64,000 bases of DNA from Ignavibacteriota bacterium (GCA_963727825.1 CAVSHO010000014.1:42897-106896); one strand, 5' to 3'. Shown: positions 1-9,373, counted from the first letter of the stretch. Made by a program: numbers and translations. The notes: generated by a model not told the origin, from the letters alone.

Positions 1-169
1 TTAAGCGGTTATGCATATCCCAGCCAAATGATTCGAAGAATGGATCAATCAATTGCTGGCGTGCTTGAGTTTCGTTAAAGGAGGGAGATTTTAATTGGTA
101 AATATTTGAATCGAAGAATTGAACTAATTTTTCTATCTGTTGCCTCGCAGCAAGCCTATCATTTGCCAT
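1..169 (-). CDS. N-terminus (partial, runs off window) of probable type IIG / HsdR_N-like restriction-modification enzyme
   Basis: Manual translation from ATG at 169: MANDRLAARQQIEKLVQFFDSNIYQLKSPSFNETQARQQLIDPFFESFGWDMHNRL. The NETQxRxxxIDPFFxxxGWD segment resembles N-termini of Eco57I-like/HsdR_N fused RM enzymes. Not in the ORF track. Confidence 0.65.
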   Translation of the reverse strand, partial: MANDRLAARQQIEKLVQFFDSNIYQLKSPSFNETQARQQLIDPFFESFGWDMHNRL

Positions 170-232
170 AGATTTCTTGATTCTAATCGTTTCTTGATAA
201 GATCATACGATGAGACTTCGGTACCGCCACCG

Positions 233-263
233 TTAATCTACCAAACCCTTTGCTTGTTTGCAA
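233..263 (-). promoter_or_regulatory. Sigma70-like promoter, copy 1 (upstream of RM gene)
   Basis: Minus strand TTGCAA-N17-TAGATT; 29/31 identical to 839..869. Confidence 0.55.
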
Positions 264-291
264 TGACTTTATATTCCCCTCACGTTAAAGT

Positions 292-810
292 CTACATGAA
301 ATTGTTGGAAATTTCCTTTTCTATTAGCCATTTGAAAGGATTGTTGGCGATATATTCTCTTATATTATCGAGATCTTTGTCATCGCGTATGATATGCTCG
401 TAATAATTTCTCTGCCAGAATCGATCTCCTGGTGTTCGATTCATTGCGTTGATCAATTTCGTCGATTGGTATTTGAAATATGCCACCATATTTCCCAATG
501 TCGGTTTACGTAGTAGGGGCGAGGTCACCTCGCCCCTACCAGGTTCATTGATAACGATAATTCCATGCAAGTGATTTGGCATGGTTATAAACGCATCCAA
601 TTCGACATCATGAAAATGTCCGGGAATGTCTTTCCAACATCGTTTTACAATTTCTCCATTAGAGGATAAACACATTTCTTCATTTACAATCTTGCCTAAA
701 GAACATGTTTTGCCCTGTGTACACATCGTTATAAAATAATCTCCGGGCTGAGAATAATCATAATCCTGCAGCCGAATAGAACGTCTCTTGTGTAAATTGA
801 GATTAATCAT
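292..810 (-). mobile_element. REP-associated tyrosine transposase (RAYT, IS200-like Y1 HUH)
   Basis: RRSIRLQDYDYSQPGDYFITMCT, MPNHLHGII (HUH), FWQRNYYEHIIRD, YIANNP (catalytic Tyr). Confidence 0.9.
513..539. repeat. Perfect GTAG-type REP-like palindrome inside the RAYT ORF
   Basis: GTAGGGGCGAGGT-C-ACCTCGCCCCTAC, 13-bp perfect arms. Confidence 0.85.
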
Positions 811-838
811 AAAGGGATTTGTGAGAACTGGAGCTTTT

Positions 839-869
839 TTAAACTACGAAACCCTTTGCTTGTTTGCAA
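839..869 (-). promoter_or_regulatory. Sigma70-like promoter, copy 2 (upstream of RAYT)
   Basis: Minus strand TTGCAA-N17-TAGTTT; direct repeat of 233..263. Confidence 0.55.
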
Positions 870-946
870 CGGTTCCCTAACAAAACAGGCGATGCATTGC
901 CGCACTTTCTGTGAAATTAAGATATGACAAACATTTCCGATCGCTC

Positions 947-1717
947 TTAGCGGTCGGAAAGCTGCACGACATCGCCGTTTTTCAGAATGCGAATTTTATC
1001 TGAAATACCGATTCGTTTTGCTTCTTCCTGAAGGAGCAGAGGCGGTTCTTGAAGAGGTTCATCACTAATCTTAAATGTTCCCCAATGCATTGGTATTAAC
1101 ATGTCGGCTTTGAGATCCATGAAAGCCTGGATAGCAGTTTGCGGATTGAGATGTATATCTTTAAACCAGTTGTGCGGTTTATAGGCACCTATAGGAAGAA
1201 GAGCCGCACTGATGAGAAATCGGGATGAAATTTCTTTGAAATGTGTACTGTAACCGGTATCGCCGGCAAAGTAAATTGTGTTGTGTGGACTTTCGATGAC
1301 ATATCCGCAGCATAAGCGCTTGTTACGCTGGAAAGGTGTACGATTACCTTTATGTTTTGCTGGAACACATGTAATCCGGAGCTGATCGTGGTCATGAGTC
1401 TCCCATTCCTTCATTTCGATAACCGATGTAAAACCAGCATCGTACGCATACTTAGCATCACCCAGCGGAACGATAATTTGCGATTGGTGCTGCCTGCGGA
1501 GTTTGCGGAGTGTGCGTGTATTCAGATGGTCGTAATCATTATGAGAGATAAGGATAATATCGATTTGCGGAAGATCTTTAAAAGGGATACCGACTTTTTG
1601 CATACGCGGCGCAATCCATCCTATCGAGCATGCATAAATTGGATCGGTGATAATATTAGTATCCCCGATCTGAATAAGCAAAGTTGCATGGTTGATAAGT
1701 GTGATTTTCGTGCTCAT
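947..1717 (-). CDS. MBL-fold metallo-hydrolase (NAPE-PLD/RomA-like)
   Basis: ITLINHATLLIQ, SHNDYDH, YFAGDTGY, LPIGAY, PMHWGTF. Start trimmed to MSTKITL because the longer ORF runs into repeat DNA. Confidence 0.85.
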   Translation of the reverse strand: MSTKITLINHATLLIQIGDTNIITDPIYACSIGWIAPRMQKVGIPFKDLPQIDIILISHNDYDHLNTRTLRKLRRQHQSQIIVPLGDAKYAYDAGFTSVIEMKEWETHDHDQLRITCVPAKHKGNRTPFQRNKRLCCGYVIESPHNTIYFAGDTGYSTHFKEISSRFLISAALLPIGAYKPHNWFKDIHLNPQTAIQAFMDLKADMLIPMHWGTFKISDEPLQEPPLLLQEEAKRIGISDKIRILKNGDVVQLSDR

Positions 1718-1791
1718 TGCGATCTTCTTGATATCTGTTTTAATATTAAAAGCATTAAGCACGAAGTGCAAACCACCAACAATCACCCCTT

Positions 1792-1817
1792 TCCCGACAC
1801 GACCAATCGTGTCGAGA
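1792..1817. repeat. TCCCGA..TCG(A/G)GA mini-hairpin
   Basis: TCCCGACACGA-CCAA-TCGTGTCGAGA, 11-bp arms with 1 mismatch. Confidence 0.6.
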
Positions 1818-1831
1818 CTGTCCCCTCTTTT

Positions 1832-1928
1832 TGTCATGCCCGTGTAAACGGGCATCTTAGTTTAAGATATGTAAGATTCCCGCGTGCGCCTGCTCGCCGC
1901 TTCGCTTTGTCAGGCAGGTGGGAATGAC
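1832..1928. repeat. GTCATTCCCG-family inverted doublet repeat with nested 30-nt insert
   Basis: TGTCATGCCCGTGTAAACGGGCATCT ... AGATTCCCGCGTGCG[CCTGC..GCAGG]TGGGAATGAC; same family as 3655..3712. Confidence 0.7.
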
Positions 1929-1945
1929 GGATGGAAGATGAACAA

Positions 1946-2704
1946 CTACACTGCCCCTTGTTCCTTCTTCTTCACCGGAAATATAATCGACACGCTCAAC
2001 GCTAGCAATGCGTGAAAAAACACAAGCGTATATCCTGTAGGCAGATCCAGATTGTAGGAAACGAGAATCGACACTAAATTTACAGCCGTTCCGATGATCC
2101 ATGCAGTGAGAAGCAATTTCCCTTTATTGATTCTCAGTGCAATATATGCAGGTGCAACGAGGAGAGAAAAAACAATAAGCACTCCCGCTAATCGCACGGA
2201 ACTGGTCACCGTAGCTGCAAACGATACGAAGAAGAGTGCATCCTTCCAAAATCCTTTCATGCGAGGATACACAAAGACGAGCAACAAACCGAGCAGGGAA
2301 TAAATAATTCCCGTTTCGATAATATCTGACCATGGCGTAAAGAGAATATCCGAGGCCATCAGTTTATCGAACATCTCCATTCCATGCGCCGACTTGGAAA
2401 GAATAATAAACACACCTGAAATTCCAAATGCGTATAGAAGTCCGATGAATGCTTCGTGCGATACGGTCCGCTTGGATGCAATTGCAATGGCAAGTCCTGC
2501 AAGCAAAGCAAAAGCAAGTGATAGCGGATAAATAAATAGGCCGTCGAAGAAAAGAATCGAAAGCGCAGCTCCAATTGCGGACATTTGTCCTATTGCAAGG
2601 TCTGTAAAAATAATTCCCCTCCTGATGATTTCCAACCCGAAGAAAGAATGAATGCCGAGCAGTACAACAGAAAGAACGAATGCGGAAAGAAGTATATCAG
2701 CCAT
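1946..2704 (-). CDS. Metal (Zn/Mn) ABC transporter permease, ZnuB-like
   Basis: Hydrophobic; RRGIIFTDLAIGQ and GVLIVFSLLVAPA motifs of ABC-3 permeases. Confidence 0.85.
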   Translation of the reverse strand: MADILLSAFVLSVVLLGIHSFFGLEIIRRGIIFTDLAIGQMSAIGAALSILFFDGLFIYPLSLAFALLAGLAIAIASKRTVSHEAFIGLLYAFGISGVFIILSKSAHGMEMFDKLMASDILFTPWSDIIETGIIYSLLGLLLVFVYPRMKGFWKDALFFVSFAATVTSSVRLAGVLIVFSLLVAPAYIALRINKGKLLLTAWIIGTAVNLVSILVSYNLDLPTGYTLVFFHALLALSVSIIFPVKKKEQGAV

Positions 2705-3590
2705 TAGTCAATCTCCTTACAATCTCATCAAACATGCTGAACACATTATCAGCCTCTTTTATAGATCCGACATCATGCGGCATAATAATAAGTTTTACAT
2801 TAAGTTTTTTTGATAAATACGACGAAGCATCCTGCGGATTGTACACATCCTGTAGTATAAACTTGATTCCTTCTCGCTGGATTAATTTCTCAACTTCTGC
2901 AATGTGCTTTGTGGTCGGCGGAATTCCTGGTAGCGGCTCGATCGTGCCGGCGATAACAAATCCGAATCGATCTAGGAAATAATCGAAGAGCTTGTGATAC
3001 TCGACGACCTTTTCTCCCTTGAACGGTTTTAACTTCTCTTCCCACGTTTTCATTTTTTGCTGCCAGAGACCGTACAGTTCTTTATTATTGGCTTCATAGA
3101 AAGCTTGATTATCGGGATCAAGTTCGCTCAACCGTTCAGTGATTGCATTCGCAACAAGCGGAATATTATCAGGATCCAAAAAGAAGTGCGGATTCCCTTC
3201 GGGATGCACATCCCCAAGTTCACGGGATACACTCGTCGGCACATCGATCAGATGCACATGTTGAGAGAGATCGAGAAATCCCCGCTCCCCCGGCTGCACG
3301 GCGGCGTTATTCGCTTGCTTGATAATTTGGGGAAGCCATCCGATCTCTAATTGTCCGCCATTGATAATAAGAAGATCTGCTTTACGCATTTTTGCAATGT
3401 AGGATGGTTTAGGAATGATGATGTGCGGATTATAATCTCCCCGTGCAAGAGAGATCACTTCGACACGATCTTTGCCGATACGCTGAGTGATATCGCCGAT
3501 GTAACCGTAGGTTGCCACAACCTGCAATTGCCCCGTGAAAGCTGCTTGCATGCACACTAACAAGAGCGGAATAATTTTTAACAGTTTCAT
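2697..3590 (-). CDS. Metal ABC transporter substrate-binding protein (ZnuA/TroA family)
   Basis: Signal peptide, YNPHII, ADLLIINGGQLEIGWL, GNPHFFLDP, YHKLFDY, EPLPGIPPT. Confidence 0.9.
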   Translation of the reverse strand: MKLLKIIPLLLVCMQAAFTGQLQVVATYGYIGDITQRIGKDRVEVISLARGDYNPHIIIPKPSYIAKMRKADLLIINGGQLEIGWLPQIIKQANNAAVQPGERGFLDLSQHVHLIDVPTSVSRELGDVHPEGNPHFFLDPDNIPLVANAITERLSELDPDNQAFYEANNKELYGLWQQKMKTWEEKLKPFKGEKVVEYHKLFDYFLDRFGFVIAGTIEPLPGIPPTTKHIAEVEKLIQREGIKFILQDVYNPQDASSYLSKKLNVKLIIMPHDVGSIKEADNVFSMFDEIVRRLTNG

Positions 3591-3654
3591 ACAATACTCC
3601 ATAATGAGATGTGAATTTATATTCTACTGGGTTAAATACTCCAACGTTCATACC

Positions 3655-3712
3655 GTCATTCCCGCGAAAGCGGGAATCCAGAACATCAGACTCCTGCGTA
3701 CGCGGGAGTGAC
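3655..3712. repeat. GTCATTCCCGCGAAAGCGGGAATCC inverted doublet repeat (dRS3/REP-like)
   Basis: GTCATTCCCGCGAAAGCGGGAATCCAG ... AGACTCCTGCGTACGCGGGAGTGAC. Confidence 0.8.
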
Positions 3713-3759
3713 AAAATACCTTGTCCCGCTGTGCAGGACTACGAGGATGTTTATTTTCT

Positions 3760-5043
3760 TCAAAATGCATGTGCTCCGTGAGCGCCGATTGTTAAATTTG
3801 CCTGTAAAATAATTTGTGTATATGGCTGCTGAGACCATCCTCCAGATGTCTGCACATAGCGGCTTAAGTCTCTATCGAGTTGAAGCCGGAGACGTGAGAA
3901 TTCTGTTGGGCTATATTCGATCATTGCAGAATATCGCGGAAGATTTGACGGCATATGTTGATCCACGCCGCCGAGTAATACATCATTCTGCATCAGCAAA
4001 TCGCACCTTACGCCGATTTCCCAGAGTTGATCGAGCTTGGCGGCAACCTGTGCATAAAAACCGGAATTATGCTTGTCCAGACTCGGTGACAAAACAACGT
4101 TCGATGAATCGCGCGTGTATTCTGTTCCGTTCATCACACGATACATATATTCGCCCTGGAGTGAAACAAAACGGATCGCATCGAGAGAATATTTAATGGT
4201 CAAATCGCCGCCGATAATATCTGTGTTGGCATCAATGGCTTCTCCCGTGCCTCCTGTAGAAGAAAAGCCCTGATCGGTTCTTGTCGTTCCCAGCGCATTG
4301 GAAATACCGAATAGGATCGAAGCCTCATCGATATCGAATGACGAGCGCAAAAATCCTATATAAAGATTCGGTCCCTGGACGGGACTGACGGAAACAATGT
4401 CTTTCGGATCGCTGAATCCTACAGTACCGAAGCTCTGCGGATTTTCGCCGTTCAGAACTTCTCCTCCTAGTACCAGAAAGAACGATGTAGGTGCAACCCA
4501 CGTAACCTGTGCGCCGATTTCATTCAGTCCATCTTCACCGAATAACGCTGTTGCAATAAGCGGCCGGTTGGCAAAGTCCCAGTAATGTTCATGCTGCTCG
4601 TTGACCCTGCCAAAACTCGCGAGAAACTTTCCTGCCTTTATCTTAAAACCATACGGAAGTTTCCTTGTTGTAAAATATGCTTCTTCCAGGCCTGCACTTT
4701 CCGGTGCAAGATCGATAACGGCAAAGAGATCGAAATATGGATCGACGACGGAATATAGCGACATCTCACCATAATTGAAATTCAACCCACGGTGAGCATT
4801 CAATCCGGAAGAACTCGGCAGGTTCAGAAACGGAAAGCTGAAACCGGGAATTGTCAAAGAGTAATATTTTTGATCTGCCATATCGCGCCCAACACCAGAC
4901 ACATCGAGAATGAGTGCGATATCGGGAACATATTTGGACTGATCGAAGGCAGATCCTTCTTTCGATTGCGCCCGAAGCAATTCACCCGGCCAAAGAAATA
5001 ATAACATAAGCAATGCTGAAATGCATGTTTTGTTCAATTTCAT
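3760..5043 (-). CDS. Outer-membrane beta-barrel associated with metal ABC uptake
   Basis: Signal peptide, FGRVNEQHEHYWDF, C-terminal IGAHGAHAF, operonic with SBP and permease. Confidence 0.75.
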   Translation of the reverse strand: MKLNKTCISALLMLLFLWPGELLRAQSKEGSAFDQSKYVPDIALILDVSGVGRDMADQKYYSLTIPGFSFPFLNLPSSSGLNAHRGLNFNYGEMSLYSVVDPYFDLFAVIDLAPESAGLEEAYFTTRKLPYGFKIKAGKFLASFGRVNEQHEHYWDFANRPLIATALFGEDGLNEIGAQVTWVAPTSFFLVLGGEVLNGENPQSFGTVGFSDPKDIVSVSPVQGPNLYIGFLRSSFDIDEASILFGISNALGTTRTDQGFSSTGGTGEAIDANTDIIGGDLTIKYSLDAIRFVSLQGEYMYRVMNGTEYTRDSSNVVLSPSLDKHNSGFYAQVAAKLDQLWEIGVRCDLLMQNDVLLGGVDQHMPSNLPRYSAMIEYSPTEFSRLRLQLDRDLSRYVQTSGGWSQQPYTQIILQANLTIGAHGAHAF

Positions 5044-5177
5044 AATAACTCCTAAATCTTTTTTATGACACTACAAGCAAAGACAAGAACATCACTGTTC
5101 GGGATGAAGTATCAAATGATACTCAATTCCACCGCTCCAAAAAAAGTGTGGAATCGGTAAATTATTTTATTAAGAGA

Positions 5178-5483
5178 TTAGCTGAATTGAGGGGGAGCGT
5201 GAGAAGAAAAAACACTTGTATGGAACGGTTCCGTAACTCTTTCTGGCAGTGTGATAACGGAAAATAGAATAGGTTCATTATATAGATCAGAACATGCTTT
5301 CGTATCGAATGACAATATGGAGTTTGCAACCTGGAAGTTACAAATTGCGCAGTTATCCTGGTTCTCACAATCATGATGATTGTGGAATGCACTGATTGTG
5401 AGGCTTCCTAAAAGCAACATCAACATCAATGCAGGTATAACGACACGTAAGAAATGGCGATATTGCATCGATAGAGATTTCAT
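5178..5483 (-). CDS. Small His/Cys-rich membrane-anchored protein (DUF2946-like)
   Basis: TM helix, HNHHDCENQDNCAIC, C-terminal HAPP. Confidence 0.6.
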   Translation of the reverse strand: MKSLSMQYRHFLRVVIPALMLMLLLGSLTISAFHNHHDCENQDNCAICNFQVANSILSFDTKACSDLYNEPILFSVITLPERVTEPFHTSVFSSHAPPQFS

Positions 5484-5497
5484 ACTTATTTTGAGAA

Positions 5498-5518
5498 ATA
5501 TCGCATTGATTATGACAT
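5498..5518. promoter_or_regulatory. Candidate Zur/Fur-family operator overlapping the -10
   Basis: ATATCGCATTGATTATGACAT is an imperfect dyad resembling AAATCGTAATnATTACGATTT; minus-strand TTGCTA-N16-CATAAT promoter overlaps it. Confidence 0.4.
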
Positions 5519-5758
5519 TATTAAACGAAATAGCAACGAATTTTTTTGTCTAACTTGCCTTAAAAAATCATTAACCACATTCTTAATTATAAACGGAATA
5601 TTTAGCGCAGTGTTTCCTTAATGAGGCTTAAAAATGTAATAGCCAAGTATGAACACCTTAATAAACGATCAATTTAATGCTTGAAAATATCTGTCAATTC
5701 CTATCTCAGAAATACACGCTTTGACAATTTTGTTATACTAAGACAACAGCATTATTCA

Positions 5759-6058
5759 TCACGCAACTTCAATAAGCGTTGCATATCGGGCTTTGCCCTC
5801 TTTCAAATAAGTTTCAAGGCGATTCACTAGCTCTTCGCCGCTCTCCGTCATTCCATCTTCGAGCGCTTCATATTCTTCTACTGAATTGCAAACGAATTCT
5901 TCTACAAAAAAGTTCTTTTTTCCTTTTTGCTCGAAGATTGTGTAATTCTTTTTTTGCACGCCAGCAAAATGGTTTTTTAGTTCTCTTGCAAGAGCAAGAT
6001 AGTCTTCTCGTATTTCCGGTTTTATTTCGTATGAAATTTGTAAAATGACTTTAGACAT
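5759..6058 (-). CDS. Hypothetical protein (possible ABM-like alpha/beta barrel)
   Basis: Clean 99-aa ORF, co-directional with neighbours. Confidence 0.7.
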   Translation of the reverse strand: MSKVILQISYEIKPEIREDYLALARELKNHFAGVQKKNYTIFEQKGKKNFFVEEFVCNSVEEYEALEDGMTESGEELVNRLETYLKEGKARYATLIEVA

Positions 6059-6091
6059 AGGTTTCTTTCTTGATATAATTAAATGAATTAT

Positions 6092-6475
6092 TTATTTTTC
6101 CATCGCGTTCCGAATTTCCAGCTCGCTCATTCCGAAATAGTGCCCCAGTTCATGAAGCAGCACTTCTTTAATACGTTCAGATACTTCCTCATCGTTCCGG
6201 CAAACAGCTTCGATGTTAGCTTGATATAAAGAAATCTTATCGGGAATTGTCGGGCTCGTTCCGTACCATGTTCCCCGATGCGTTAAGGGTATTCCCTGAT
6301 ATAAACCCAAGAGAGATGTCTTGCTTGAATGCGTCTGGTGCATTACATCTTCTGAAGGATAATCCTCAACGGTTATGTGAACATTATCAATCTTATCCTC
6401 GAATAATCTCGGCAAACCTTCAAATACTTTTTCGGCCACATCTTCAAATTTTTCTCTTGTCATTGCATCTTGCAA
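6092..6475 (-). CDS. Zincin-like metallopeptidase family protein
   Basis: LLGLYQGIPL, PDKISLYQ, HELGHYFG. Confidence 0.85.
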   Translation of the reverse strand: MQDAMTREKFEDVAEKVFEGLPRLFEDKIDNVHITVEDYPSEDVMHQTHSSKTSLLGLYQGIPLTHRGTWYGTSPTIPDKISLYQANIEAVCRNDEEVSERIKEVLLHELGHYFGMSELEIRNAMEK

Positions 6476-6486
6476 ACTTATTATCG

Positions 6487-7206
6487 CTAAAACATTTTCA
6501 GCGCAAATTCGCCGCCATTCACTAATACAATCACAATAAGCCCATAGACAACCGAACTAATCAAAATTGATTTCCATAAAGAGATTTGATTGCCCACATT
6601 CGTTCCGATAATTAAAAGTATCCATGCCCATACCGCTAAGGCAATATCAAATCCAACAAGTAATATATATAACATCGGTTTGATAGTTATAGGAGGCGGA
6701 TTGAATGTGAAGAAGTACATTCCAAAAGTCAATAATTCAATCGGCAAGATAAATAATAACGACATAATGATTGGCGTTAACGAGTAACTTGTAATGCCTA
6801 ATGAATTACGGAAAGACGCTTTTTTATCCAGTATTTTTGATAAACCCCAATGCAGCGAAGAAGCAATAAGACAAAGTACAATGCCAAAGGGGATGCCAAT
6901 CAGGATCGTCAAAAAAATGAGTACGAGAATATTATCAAACCGATCTCCAAGTTTGAAATACGAGATTCCCGTGAATGTGATTGCAATTCCCGTCAAAGTA
7001 TATAGGAACAATGCATAATTCTTATGATCTGCACGCATGATCAACCGAAAAGCATCTCGAGGGCTTTCAAGGATTTTCCATATTACGTCAAACAAATCCA
7101 AATTAGGAACTCGATTCTGCAAAAAACCACCACATTTTTTGCAGATCGTTGCATATTGGTCATTTTCTGTTTGACAAACGGAACAATTGATCATAGAATT
7201 TGGCAT
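6487..7206 (-). CDS. Yip1-family membrane protein with N-terminal zinc ribbon
   Basis: CSVC..CKKC then about 5 TM segments. Confidence 0.7.
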   Translation of the reverse strand: MPNSMINCSVCQTENDQYATICKKCGGFLQNRVPNLDLFDVIWKILESPRDAFRLIMRADHKNYALFLYTLTGIAITFTGISYFKLGDRFDNILVLIFLTILIGIPFGIVLCLIASSLHWGLSKILDKKASFRNSLGITSYSLTPIIMSLLFILPIELLTFGMYFFTFNPPPITIKPMLYILLVGFDIALAVWAWILLIIGTNVGNQISLWKSILISSVVYGLIVIVLVNGGEFALKMF

Positions 7207-7288
7207 TTCTTGAGTTATGTATCTAAACGAAGTTATGAAGATTGTGCTATGGAAGCAACGCTTTTTTAAATGATCCGAATAAATCTGA

Positions 7289-8665
7289 TCAAGTCAAGCG
7301 CTTAAATTTTGCAGTAAAATGCCGAAGTGTCGGTGCTTCTTCGATGATTTTGAATCCTTTGAGACTTTTACGATTCTTAAATACTTCTTCTGCTACTTCG
7401 ACCACGTAATCCATATGGCTCTGTGTGTAGACCCGCCGCGGAATAGCAAGCCGAACCAACTCCATCGGTGGAGAAATAAATGCACCGGTTTGTGAATCAT
7501 ATTTACCAAACATTACGCTTCCTATTTCCACGCTTCGTATTCCGCCTACCCGGAAAAACTCGCTCACAACTGCTTGCCCAGGATATTCATGAGGCGGAAT
7601 TTGCGATAAGAACTGCTTTGCATCGATATAGATAGCATGTCCGCCAGGCGGCTGAACGATAGGAATTCCAATCGCTGTGAATTTTTCGCCGAGGTATTCA
7701 ACAGATCGGATTCGATAACGAAGGTATTCCTCATCAAGAATTTCTTCCAGACCTTGAGAAATAGCTTCCAGATCCCGTCCGGCTAAACCGCCGTATGTCG
7801 GGAATCCCTCAGTAACAATCAGAAGGTTCCTCGATTTCATGGCGAGGTTATTGTCGTTCATTGCCAGAAAACCGCCGATATTCGCGAGTGCATCTTTTTT
7901 TGCGCTCATCGTGCAACCATCTGCATATGAAAACATTTCGCGCGCAATCTCACGCACCGATTTTTTTGAATAACCTTTCTCGCGTAATTTGATAAAGTAA
8001 GCGTTCTCCGCAAATCGACAGGCATCAATAAACAATGGAATTCCATGTTTCTGGAGATTTTTTTTTGCTTGTCGGATATTTTCCATTGAAACGGGTTGCC
8101 CGCCGCCGGAATTATTTGTCACTGTCATCATGCATAGCGGTATGTTCTCAGCTCCCTTTTCCTCAATGATCTTCTTCAATGCTGCAATGTCCATATTCCC
8201 TTTGAAATCAGCGATGAGATCCGGATGTTTTCCTGTTTCGTTCAGTATGTCCACAGCTTCAGCGCCCGAATATTCCACATTTGCGCGAGTAGTATCAAAA
8301 TGAGTGTTGTTCGGGATCCATTTGCCTTTACCGCCAACAATTGTAAAGAGAATCTTTTCCGCCGCACGTCCTTGATGAGTTGGAATAATGTATTTAAATC
8401 CTGTCAGTTCGCGGACAGTTTTCTCGAAACGATAAAAACTTTTCGAACCTGCATACGACTCATCGCCATCCATCATGCCGGACCATTGTTTCGCACTCAT
8501 CGCAGAAGTCCCGCTATCTGTAAGTAAATCAATAAGAACATCTTCTGCAGGAATCAGGAATGGATTATAATATGCCTTGCGTAAAATGCATTCTCTTTGA
8601 TGTTCGGTAGTGAACTTGATAGGCTCGATGGATTTGATCTTAAATGGCTCAATAATTGTTTTCAT
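7289..8665 (-). CDS. tnaA: Tryptophanase
   Basis: IDLLTDSGT, THQGRAAE, MSAKKD (PLP Lys); LRHFTA rather than the LRFF of tyrosine phenol-lyase; GGAGGA RBS before ATG 8665. Confidence 0.85.
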   Translation of the reverse strand: MKTIIEPFKIKSIEPIKFTTEHQRECILRKAYYNPFLIPAEDVLIDLLTDSGTSAMSAKQWSGMMDGDESYAGSKSFYRFEKTVRELTGFKYIIPTHQGRAAEKILFTIVGGKGKWIPNNTHFDTTRANVEYSGAEAVDILNETGKHPDLIADFKGNMDIAALKKIIEEKGAENIPLCMMTVTNNSGGGQPVSMENIRQAKKNLQKHGIPLFIDACRFAENAYFIKLREKGYSKKSVREIAREMFSYADGCTMSAKKDALANIGGFLAMNDNNLAMKSRNLLIVTEGFPTYGGLAGRDLEAISQGLEEILDEEYLRYRIRSVEYLGEKFTAIGIPIVQPPGGHAIYIDAKQFLSQIPPHEYPGQAVVSEFFRVGGIRSVEIGSVMFGKYDSQTGAFISPPMELVRLAIPRRVYTQSHMDYVVEVAEEVFKNRKSLKGFKIIEEAPTLRHFTAKFKRLT

Positions 8666-8833
8666 TGTCAGATCCTCCAATTATTTCTTTTCTCTCACCT
8701 CTATGCTACGTTCTTCGAGAAAGTGCATTCTTTTCGCCAAGATTATTCAAACAATATTAAGTCTGAGTTTATTTACAGTGATTTGATCCTATTTGTAATT
8801 TTGCAGCCAATCTATGAAATGAATGATTATGGG

Positions 8834-9358
8834 TTATTCTTTGTCATATTGGACAAGCGAATAAATATCGTACTTTTCAAGGTTTTTCCGTCCTTGAAGA
8901 AATGAAAGCTCGATAAGAAAAGATATGCCGACAATATTTGCTTGAAGTTTCTCAACAAGTCTCACAGCAGCGCACATAGTTCCGCCTGTTGCCAATAAAT
9001 CATCGTGTAATAAAATACGTTCTCCGGGTTTGAGAGCATCCTTATGTATTTCGATTACATCGGTTCCATACTCCAAAGCGTACTCCTCTCTCATAACTTC
9101 AGCAGGAAGTTTTCCTTTTTTTCGTATAGGAACAAAACCTGCGCCCAAACTTACTGCTAATGCAGATCCGAGGATAAATCCGCGAGATTCAATGCATACA
9201 ACCTTATCAATTTTTGAACTTTTATATCGCTTACTTAAAATATTAACGGCATCACACAATGCTTCGGCGTCTTTTAGAAGTGTAGTGATATCGCGAAAAA
9301 CTATTCCCTTCTTCGGAAAATCAGGAATGCTGCGGATGGTTTCAGAAAGCTGTTTCAT
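8834..9358 (-). CDS. apt: Adenine phosphoribosyltransferase
   Basis: IPDFPKKGIVFRDIT, LHDDLLATGGT. Confidence 0.97.
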   Translation of the reverse strand: MKQLSETIRSIPDFPKKGIVFRDITTLLKDAEALCDAVNILSKRYKSSKIDKVVCIESRGFILGSALAVSLGAGFVPIRKKGKLPAEVMREEYALEYGTDVIEIHKDALKPGERILLHDDLLATGGTMCAAVRLVEKLQANIVGISFLIELSFLQGRKNLEKYDIYSLVQYDKE

Positions 9359-9373
9359 TGTTCACCTAAAAAA

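Noticed and set aside
1718-1855. N-terminal extension of the MBL hydrolase
   Set aside because: The upstream ATG lies inside a repeat element; the domain starts at MSTKITL
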